Shown here piece after piece: positions 57,387 to 64,000 of a DNA stretch of 64,000 nucleotides. The translations under genes and the position numbers were made by a program. The notes under the pieces were generated by a model. It made no database searches. It saw only the letters and a list, made by a program, of their open reading frames with translations, and had not been told where the DNA came from. Source of the DNA: Verrucomicrobiota bacterium (lineage in GTDB: Bacteria > Verrucomicrobiota > Verrucomicrobiia > Palsa-1439); the NCBI GenBank assembly GCA_003152315.1, contig PLZV01000057.1:200065-264064 (forward strand). Direction: 5' to 3'. How positions within the stretch are numbered: the first letter of the stretch is position 1; each line of letters begins with the position of its first letter.

Positions 57387-59044
57387 GCGTGACCATCACG
57401 TGCTTCGGGGGCGCCGGTGAAATCGGCGGGAACAAGATGCTAATCGAAGATGGCGGGAAGCGTCTGATGCTGGACTTCGGTATGTCGTTTGGCCGAACCG
57501 GCGATTACTTCGACGGGGTGTTTCTCACCAAACGTGCTGGACGCGGTTTGCTTGACCCGTTGTCGTTAGGATTGGTGCCCCCGCTCCGCGGATTGCTCCG
57601 TGACGACCTCGTCCCAGTTATGGGCGCGCGCGATAAAGAAATGTTTTGGCGGCATTGGCAGGAGAAATTCCCGGTGGCATATCGGGACCTGCGTCGTGAT
57701 GGTCTGGCCGTCGATGCGATCTTGGTGAGCCATGCGCATCTCGATCACATTGCTGACTTGGAATATGTCGCGGCGGAGATTCCCCTGGCCGGCACGTGCA
57801 CAACCGCATTCATTAGCAAGGTGCTACAAGACGTTGGGGGCGGATCCGGCGCGGCCTATCTTCAGCCTGCCGCTGTGAATGGCGGCGGTGTCCTGCACAC
57901 CGATCGTGGTGCACCCAGTCAACGCCGTCCGTGGCGGTTCCTAGATGGGGTGCCCGGCGGTGAATCTGTCGATGATCCGCTCGCCACGGCGCAATCGTTT
58001 TGGGATGCGTCCGGCAGTAAGGGACGCGAGCTAGTGGTCGCTCCCTGTCATGCGTTTGATGGGCACGTCGGTCCGTGGCGAATTCGTTGGTGGCCTGTGG
58101 ACCATTCAATCCCAGGGGGAGCCATGTTTGCAATTGAGACGGACGCGGGGTGGGTGGGGTACAGCGGCGATATCCGGTTCCATGGCCAGCTTGGCCCGCT
58201 GACGTGGCAGGCAGCCGAGGAATTGGCAGGGCTCAAACCGGTCGCATTGTTGTGCGAGGGCACCCGATTGACTGAACCTAATGCAACAACCGAAGCACAA
58301 GTGTACGAGAACTGCTTGCGTGTGGTGCAGAATGCGGCAGGCAAATTAGCTGTGGCGGATTTCGCACCTCGTAACATCGCGCGGTTTGAGATCTTCGCGC
58401 GGATTGCAGAACAAACCGGACGTCGCCTACTCGTGCAACCCAAGGATGCCTATTTGCTGAGAGCCGCGCATTTGGCCGATCCAGACTCGAATGATCTGAT
58501 GGCGCCGACACACATAGGAATCTACGATGACCCGAAGGCCGTCTATCGGAAGTACGAGGCCGCAGTGCGGGCGCGGTACTCAGATCGCGTCGTGTCACCA
58601 GATGAAGTTCGGCAACACTTTGGCGATTACATCCTGGCATTCAGCTTGACGGACATGGCTGATTTGCTCGACTTGGAATACCTCGTTGGCCGTCAGCTTA
58701 GCGGTGTGTACATTTTCTCAAATAGTCCCGCCTATGACGATGAACAACAAGTCGATCTGGTCCGCTTGTGGAATTGGGCGCAGTACTTAGGGCTGACCGT
58801 CGTCGGACTGGAACCCCGGCGCGACGCTGACGGCCGGGTCGTGGCCATGGACGTCCAGCGCGGCTATCATGCGTCCGGCCACGCTGGAGGCAATGAACTA
58901 AAAGAATTCGTGCAGCGTATCGCACCGCGAACATTGATACCCATCCACACACAGGCCGCCCATCTTTGGCCGCACATGCTTGCCCACCAGTTCATTCAGG
59001 TTGTCATGCCACGAACTGGAGAAATCGTGATTCTGAGTCGCTGA
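57383..59044 (+). CDS. MBL-fold metallo-hydrolase of the beta-CASP nuclease family (RNase J / CPSF-like)
   Basis: MBL motif 2 HAHLDH (LVSHAHLDHIADL). The C-terminal beta-CASP motif C is HASGHA (YHASGHAGGNEL). Confidence 0.75.
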   Translation: MSVTITCFGGAGEIGGNKMLIEDGGKRLMLDFGMSFGRTGDYFDGVFLTKRAGRGLLDPLSLGLVPPLRGLLRDDLVPVMGARDKEMFWRHWQEKFPVAYRDLRRDGLAVDAILVSHAHLDHIADLEYVAAEIPLAGTCTTAFISKVLQDVGGGSGAAYLQPAAVNGGGVLHTDRGAPSQRRPWRFLDGVPGGESVDDPLATAQSFWDASGSKGRELVVAPCHAFDGHVGPWRIRWWPVDHSIPGGAMFAIETDAGWVGYSGDIRFHGQLGPLTWQAAEELAGLKPVALLCEGTRLTEPNATTEAQVYENCLRVVQNAAGKLAVADFAPRNIARFEIFARIAEQTGRRLLVQPKDAYLLRAAHLADPDSNDLMAPTHIGIYDDPKAVYRKYEAAVRARYSDRVVSPDEVRQHFGDYILAFSLTDMADLLDLEYLVGRQLSGVYIFSNSPAYDDEQQVDLVRLWNWAQYLGLTVVGLEPRRDADGRVVAMDVQRGYHASGHAGGNELKEFVQRIAPRTLIPIHTQAAHLWPHMLAHQFIQVVMPRTGEIVILSR

Positions 59045-59502
59045 CAGGCACACCGAAGGCATCGCGAAACTCTTCTAGGAATTGAATGCGACGGCCGACA
59101 GCGGCAAGGCCCCAGGAACCGCCCCGATGTCTGTCCTTGGTCCTGCCAGCGGCGCGCCCTTCTTGCATTGGCATAAAAGCCGTCCGCAGTTACCAACGCG
59201 AGCCGTTTGACCCCAGTCGGTCATCTAATAACAAACGACGGTAAATCAAAAGAGCCTTGGGCCCGTTCGCACAGCATGAGCATGACTACTGCATTTTTTA
59301 ATTGACTATTCAGCTAAAAAATGCAATACTATGACTCATGATGTAAAAAGCCCAGCGCTTGGCGTAGCCGCCTTACGCTGGGCTTAAACAAGGCCAGCAG
59401 AGCTGACCCGTGTGAACAATGGGACTTTAGCTCATGCGTGGCCGTATGACAAGAACGGATTGGCGATCGGCTACGGTCGCCAGTCACTTGGAGAACAGAA
59501 GC

Positions 59503-59841
59503 ATGAGTAAAATCGAAGACCTAACATTAACCGGGAAATCTGGAACAAAGTACACGTTCCAGATGTACCCTTGGGAGACGGAATTCCGAGCCCTTGGCGG
59601 TGTCTATATCATCACCAAGCGGACGGCGACCCGCGGTGGGGGGACGCATTCGCTTATCTACATTGGACATACTGGAAACCTGGCTGAACGTTTCAACAAC
59701 CATCACAAGGCCGACTGTTGGGAGCGGCATGGCGCCAATTGCATTGGCATACTGCTAGAAGAGAGCGAGACGAAACGCCTCGAGATCGAAGCCGACCTCC
59801 TGGCGGCGTACGATTGGCCCTGCAACGAGGTGGGTCAGTAA
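59503..59841 (+). CDS. GIY-YIG nuclease-family small protein
   Basis: ATG at 59503. It has GVYIIT, then R, then LIYIGHTGNLAERFNNH, matching GIY-(10-11)-YIG, Arg and Asn spacing. Confidence 0.5.
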   Translation: MSKIEDLTLTGKSGTKYTFQMYPWETEFRALGGVYIITKRTATRGGGTHSLIYIGHTGNLAERFNNHHKADCWERHGANCIGILLEESETKRLEIEADLLAAYDWPCNEVGQ

Positions 59842-59901
59842 GATGAGACCCTAGGCGACCGCCGATTCCCGTCGGCGGTCGCCAAGCCGAAAGTTTAAAA
59901 A

Positions 59902-60495
59902 ATGAAGAATCTTGGAGAGATCGCGGAAGTCCGAGCGGGATACACGGTTCGCAAACCGGAGAAGGGCGTACCCACGGTCAGGTATCGAGTGTTGCAAATC
60001 AAAGACGTGACGGCGGACGCCGCATTGGACACCGCGAATCTGGCGACCATGAACTTGCCGCCAGTATCGGACCGCTATTTTTTGAAACACGGGGACATTC
60101 TCTTCTGCGCGCGCGGCGCGCGCAATCGAGCAGCCGTGAGCGAGGTCGAGATGGAACAAGTCGTTGTCGGCGCCCAGTTCTTCGTGATTCAGGTTAAGGG
60201 GGATCGCCTGTTGCCCCGGTATGTAGCCTGGTACATCAACCAGCCGACCGCGCAGCAGTACTTCAGTGAGCGCGCCTCTGGAAGTTACGTGCGGATGATC
60301 CTCGTCGATGATCTGCTGCATCTACCTGTACCGGTCCCGCCACTGAAAGTTCAGCAGCAGATTGCTGCGTTGCATCAACTGGGGTTGCGGGAGCAGAATC
60401 TCCTCGAACGGCTCCGTGTGAAGCGGATGGAACTGCTTAACGGGTTATGCATCGACGTTGCCGGAGGACACAAGCGAATTTCGAAAGGAGTCTAA
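59902..60495 (+). CDS. hsdS: Type I restriction-modification specificity subunit (short, single target-recognition domain)
   Basis: The N-terminal LGEIAEVRAGYT and the C-terminal conserved helical region (LPVPPLKVQQQIAALHQL) are typical of HsdS. It sits immediately upstream of hsdM. Confidence 0.6.
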   Translation: MKNLGEIAEVRAGYTVRKPEKGVPTVRYRVLQIKDVTADAALDTANLATMNLPPVSDRYFLKHGDILFCARGARNRAAVSEVEMEQVVVGAQFFVIQVKGDRLLPRYVAWYINQPTAQQYFSERASGSYVRMILVDDLLHLPVPVPPLKVQQQIAALHQLGLREQNLLERLRVKRMELLNGLCIDVAGGHKRISKGV

Positions 60496-60497
60496 AT

Positions 60498-62045
60498 ATG
60501 AGTGGCACTATTTCCCAAGATCAAATCAACCGGGCTGCATGGGCGGCGTGTGATACATTCCGGGGCACGCTCGATCCGGCCAACTACAAGGACTACATAT
60601 TGACAATGTTGTTCTTGAAGTATCTGTCCGACCTGTGGTTGGACAAGAAGGAAGAATACGAGCGACGTTACGACGACGACAAAGAGCGGGTCGAGCGGGC
60701 GCTTAGTCGCGAGCGGTTCATCGTACCAGAGGTGATCCTCCGGGACGATCAGAACTCCAAGAAAATTGTTGATCGTTTCCCCGCCACCTATTACAGCCTG
60801 TACGAGCGCCGTGATCGGACCAACATCGGCGAATTGATCAACATCACCTTGGAGCGCATTGAAGAAGCGAACAAGGAGAAGCTGGAAAACGTCTTCCGCA
60901 ACATAGATTTCAACAGCGAGCCATTCCTGGGTCAGACCCGTGAACGCAACCGCTGCTTAAAAAGCCTGCTGGAGGACTTCCACCGGGACGAACTTAACTT
61001 CCGCAAGGATCACGTCGGCCACCTCGATATCCTTGGCAACACGTACGAATACCTAATCGGCAATTTCGCTGCCGATGCCGGGAAAAAGGCCGGGGAGTTT
61101 TATACCCCCGCCTATGTGTCTATTCTACTGGCGAAACTGGTTCGGCCAAAACCGGGAGATCGTATCGGCGATCCAGCTTGCGGTTCTGGTTCACTCTTAC
61201 TCAAGGTGGCGAACGAGGTGCCGGATGGGAACTGCTCTCTGTACGGCCAGGAGATGAACGGCAGTACATGGGCGCTTTGCCGGATGAATATGTTCCTTCA
61301 CGAACGCGACAGCGCCCGTATTGAATGGGGCGATACGTTGAACAACCCGAAGCTCATTGAGAATGACGCACTGATGAAATTCAACGTGGTCGTGGCCAAT
61401 CCTCCATTCTCTCTCGACAAATGGGGTGCGGAAGATGCCTCGGGCGACAAGTTCAATCGCTTTTGGCGCGGCGTCCCGCCAAAATCCAAAGCTGACTATG
61501 CGTTCATCAGCCATATGATCGAGACGGCTGTGGAAGGCGACGGCCGGGTCGCTGTGGTCGCGCCGCACGGGGTGCTGTTTCGCGCCGGCGCCGAAGGCAA
61601 GATCCGGCAAAAGCTCATTGAAGAGAACCTGCTGGAGGCGGCCATCGGATTGCCGGCCAATTTGTTCTTCGGAACCGGTATTCCCGTTGCGGTCCTACTC
61701 TTCAACAAGGGTAAGAAGACTACGGATACACTGTTCGTGGATGCCAGCCGCGAATTCGAGGACGGCAAGAACCAGAACAAACTGCGCGCGCAAGACATCG
61801 ATAAGATCATCAGCACCGTCCGGGTGTTCAAGACCGTCGAGAAGTACGCCTACCGGGCCACGCTCGCCGAAATCCGCGAGAACGATTTCAATCTCAACAT
61901 CCCGCGGTACGTGGACACTTTTGAGCAGGAGACAGAAGTGGATGTTATTGCAGTGCAACGAGAAATCGATGATTTGGAGAAGGAACTTGCCGAAGTGCGC
62001 AAGGAGATGACTAGACATCTCGCTGAACTTGGATTTGCGAAATAA
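60498..62045 (+). CDS. hsdM: Type I restriction-modification DNA methyltransferase subunit
   Basis: HsdM_N region. The SAM-binding motif DPACGSGSLL and the catalytic motif VVANPPFS are present. Confidence 0.9.
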   Translation: MSGTISQDQINRAAWAACDTFRGTLDPANYKDYILTMLFLKYLSDLWLDKKEEYERRYDDDKERVERALSRERFIVPEVILRDDQNSKKIVDRFPATYYSLYERRDRTNIGELINITLERIEEANKEKLENVFRNIDFNSEPFLGQTRERNRCLKSLLEDFHRDELNFRKDHVGHLDILGNTYEYLIGNFAADAGKKAGEFYTPAYVSILLAKLVRPKPGDRIGDPACGSGSLLLKVANEVPDGNCSLYGQEMNGSTWALCRMNMFLHERDSARIEWGDTLNNPKLIENDALMKFNVVVANPPFSLDKWGAEDASGDKFNRFWRGVPPKSKADYAFISHMIETAVEGDGRVAVVAPHGVLFRAGAEGKIRQKLIEENLLEAAIGLPANLFFGTGIPVAVLLFNKGKKTTDTLFVDASREFEDGKNQNKLRAQDIDKIISTVRVFKTVEKYAYRATLAEIRENDFNLNIPRYVDTFEQETEVDVIAVQREIDDLEKELAEVRKEMTRHLAELGFAK

Positions 62046-62095
62046 CATAGATAATGCTATGTATTGTACGTGATATACGCGAAATAAGTAACAAT

Positions 62096-62701
62096 ATGCC
62101 GAATATGCTTACATTAGACGTCATAGAGAAAGCCCTAAGGTTGCTTTCGCAGCGTCTTGACCTGATCCAGAGCGACCCGCTGCAACTTGTTGTTTGTGGC
62201 GGCACCGCTCTCATTGCTACCAATCTTCGGCAAGGCACTACAAAGGATGTAGACATTGTAGCACTAATCAATGCACACAACGAGCTTCTCAGCCCGGCTC
62301 CATTGCCAGCGGTCCTTCTTGAACAAGCCGACCAAGTCGCGCGCGACCTTGGATTGTTTGACAACTGGCTCAACAATGGGCCCAGTAGCGGCGATGGCGG
62401 GTTGTATCAGATGGGGCTCCCGGACGGATTCGTCGCCCGGCTCACGCCACGAAAGTTTGGATCTCGCCTGACGGTCCATTTCATTGGGCGACTCGACCAG
62501 ATTCATTTCAAACTCTACGCTGTTGCCGATCAACAAGGCGGCGTTCATGTGGCCGACCTCCGCGCCCTCAAACCTGCCGACGCTGAACTCGAATCCGCTG
62601 CCCGTTGGGCAATGACGCACGACGTTTCCGATAATTTCAAAATGGTCTTGAAGGAGACTCTCAGAGAACTCGGCCATGAATCAGTCGCTCAAAGAATTTA
62701 A
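62096..62701 (+). CDS. Nucleotidyltransferase-fold protein resembling AbiEii/DUF1814-type toxins (start uncertain, 62054 or 62096)
   Basis: The segment VCGGTALIATNLRQGTTKDVDIV is GG-x14-DVD, which fits a minimal NTase motif. It is embedded between hsdM and the second hsdS. Confidence 0.4.
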   Translation: MPNMLTLDVIEKALRLLSQRLDLIQSDPLQLVVCGGTALIATNLRQGTTKDVDIVALINAHNELLSPAPLPAVLLEQADQVARDLGLFDNWLNNGPSSGDGGLYQMGLPDGFVARLTPRKFGSRLTVHFIGRLDQIHFKLYAVADQQGGVHVADLRALKPADAELESAARWAMTHDVSDNFKMVLKETLRELGHESVAQRI

Positions 62702-63689
62702 ACAACAATACCGAGGGCTTTTGCTGAACTTCATCTGGCGGCAGTGGTCGGCCCTGGGAGTGGCCGGCCACTCAGCAGGCGAAGACACCTGGGTGATCGA
62801 CCCCGAGCCACTACTCTTGTTCACATGCACCATTGGCCGTCACGATCCTCGTGTGTTCGACGAAGTGCTCGATTGGCTCCAGGAGAATGGCCGGTTCATC
62901 AACATTCTCCGTCTCAAACGGATCCTTGGGAAAGAGAAATTCGCTGGCGCCAGCGTGCTGGCCGCCATCGCGGGACAAATGAGCAAAGGCACCGGCGTCG
63001 CCAAATGGAAACTATTGGCCGAGCATTCCAGACGCTCCACAAAGCCGGAGCCGTTGTTTTTCCAAGAGGACGGCCACCCGCTACCAGTCGTGGGCGAGCC
63101 TGAGCCGCAATTCTTGCAGTACGGTTTCAAGCGCGGACCACTGCGCCTGCGCGGCTACTCCCAGAAGTTCCGGCCGACGGAACGGACGAACCTCACCCTG
63201 CAACTTCGGGCGCTGCTTGGCGTGAATAGCCGGTGTGAAGTCGTCCTCTATCTATTAACGCACGATTCGGCGCACCCGTCGCAAATCGCCCAGGACGCGT
63301 ACTACTTCGAGCGGGCCGTCCAGAACACGTTGGTGGACATGAGCCAGTCGGGCGTCATTCAGTTGCGAACTTCCGGCCGCGAGAAGCATTATTGGCTCAA
63401 GCACGAGCACTGGGCAACGCTGTTGAACCGCCCCGATCCGTCTCCGAGATGGGTTACCTGGCCGCCCTTATTCAGCGCGCTGGAACGCATCTGGCTCAAA
63501 GTAAGTGACCGACAACTGTCGACGCTCGATCCGTTGCTCCAATCGTCGGAACTGCGGCAGCTGATGGTCGAAGTGCGCCCGTCTATCGAACGCGCCGGAT
63601 TCGATAGGGGGTTGTCCGATGACCGCCAATATCTCGGCGAGAAATACCTACCGGTGTTCTTGGACGACATCACCAGGCTTCTTGGCTAA
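62676..63689 (+). CDS. Hypothetical protein (possible partner of the NTase-like gene)
   Basis: The ORF overlaps the upstream gene by 26 bp. No motif recognised. Confidence 0.4.
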   Translation: MNQSLKEFKQQYRGLLLNFIWRQWSALGVAGHSAGEDTWVIDPEPLLLFTCTIGRHDPRVFDEVLDWLQENGRFINILRLKRILGKEKFAGASVLAAIAGQMSKGTGVAKWKLLAEHSRRSTKPEPLFFQEDGHPLPVVGEPEPQFLQYGFKRGPLRLRGYSQKFRPTERTNLTLQLRALLGVNSRCEVVLYLLTHDSAHPSQIAQDAYYFERAVQNTLVDMSQSGVIQLRTSGREKHYWLKHEHWATLLNRPDPSPRWVTWPPLFSALERIWLKVSDRQLSTLDPLLQSSELRQLMVEVRPSIERAGFDRGLSDDRQYLGEKYLPVFLDDITRLLG

Positions 63690-63691
63690 CC

Positions 63692-64000
63692 ATGGACGCG
63701 CCCACTCTCCATGCCAGCCGCAAGACGAAGAAGACGCAGTTCGGGGAAATTCCTGTCGATTGGGGTGTGTCGAAATTGGATCACGTCGCGATCGTTCAAA
63801 CCGGCTTGGCTAAAGGGAAGAAGGGCATCAAGAATCCCGCAGTGTTGCCGTACTTGCGCGTCGCCAACGTGCAGGACGGCTATTTCGATTTGGCTGAGAT
63901 AAAAACAATCACAGTCGAGCGGTCCGAGATTAATCGCTACAGCCTGCGAAAGAACGACGTTCTTCTGACCGAAGGAGGCGACCTTGATAAGCTCGGACGG
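63692..64000 (+). CDS. hsdS: Type I restriction-modification specificity subunit, N-terminal part (truncated by window end)
   Basis: ATG at 63692. It is not in the ORF track because there is no stop in the window. The segments FGEIPVDWGVSKLDHVAIVQTG...PYLRVANVQDGYFDL are typical of an HsdS TRD start. Confidence 0.6.
   Translation, partial: MDAPTLHASRKTKKTQFGEIPVDWGVSKLDHVAIVQTGLAKGKKGIKNPAVLPYLRVANVQDGYFDLAEIKTITVERSEINRYSLRKNDVLLTEGGDLDKLGR

Larger units (their letters stand above)
44138..64000. mobile_element. Integrative genomic island(s) inserted at the 3' end of tRNA-Asn (at least 19.9 kb; right end beyond window)
   Basis: It begins immediately after the tRNA. A tyrosine integrase sits 195 bp downstream, and a second integrase with an excisionase-like gene lies at 53.1-54.6 kb. 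Large parts are visibly AT-richer than the core. Cargo is dominated by defence-type genes. Confidence 0.6.

Overview
This is a 64-kb window of high-GC bacterial chromosome. It carries three PEP-CTERM-anchored proteins, which are common in Verrucomicrobiota, Acidobacteriota and relatives, but the lineage cannot be proven from sequence alone.

The left two-thirds (1 to ~44.1 kb) looks like core genome. It contains a secreted multiheme c-type cytochrome that runs off the window start, and an ICMT-family methyltransferase. A frameshifted adenine phosphoribosyltransferase and GrpB follow. There are two tandem SGNH hydrolases and holA. A large copper-homeostasis supercluster covers copA with YHS and HMBD N-terminal domains, dsbD-tlpA, and an ECF sigma / anti-sigma / CpxP-like / cusCBA operon. 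Further right are a YncE-phosphoesterase fusion, a GlpT-family transporter and a Calx-beta adhesin-like protein. After them come PEP-CTERM proteins including an S8 protease, a GT39 glycosyltransferase, tRNA-Thr, dnaX-ybaB-recR and mtnA-mtnB.

A more AT-rich integrative island begins immediately after tRNA-Asn(GTT) at ~44.1 kb and runs to the window end. It contains a tyrosine integrase and a three-gene operon. That operon encodes an HTH regulator, a 646-aa protein with a PNP/MTAN-like nucleosidase domain and a TPR-like tail, and a 1581-aa helical protein with no motif I recognise. I consider this operon the best candidate for an undescribed conflict or defence system. The island continues with an excisionase and second integrase. 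Next is a translationally coupled operon of a ClpA-like AAA+ protein, a 140-aa protein, a 50-aa micro-ORF and a beta-CASP nuclease. A GIY-YIG protein follows, and then a type I RM locus (hsdS-hsdM-AbiEii-like-hypothetical-hsdS) that is cut by the window end.

Other points: a smaller low-GC islet at ~13 to 15.2 kb carries an Mrr-like endonuclease. An 11-mer (GGGTTCGTTT / AAACGAACCC) recurs at several intergenic sites. Several long ORFs in the provided track are antisense shadows of real genes.
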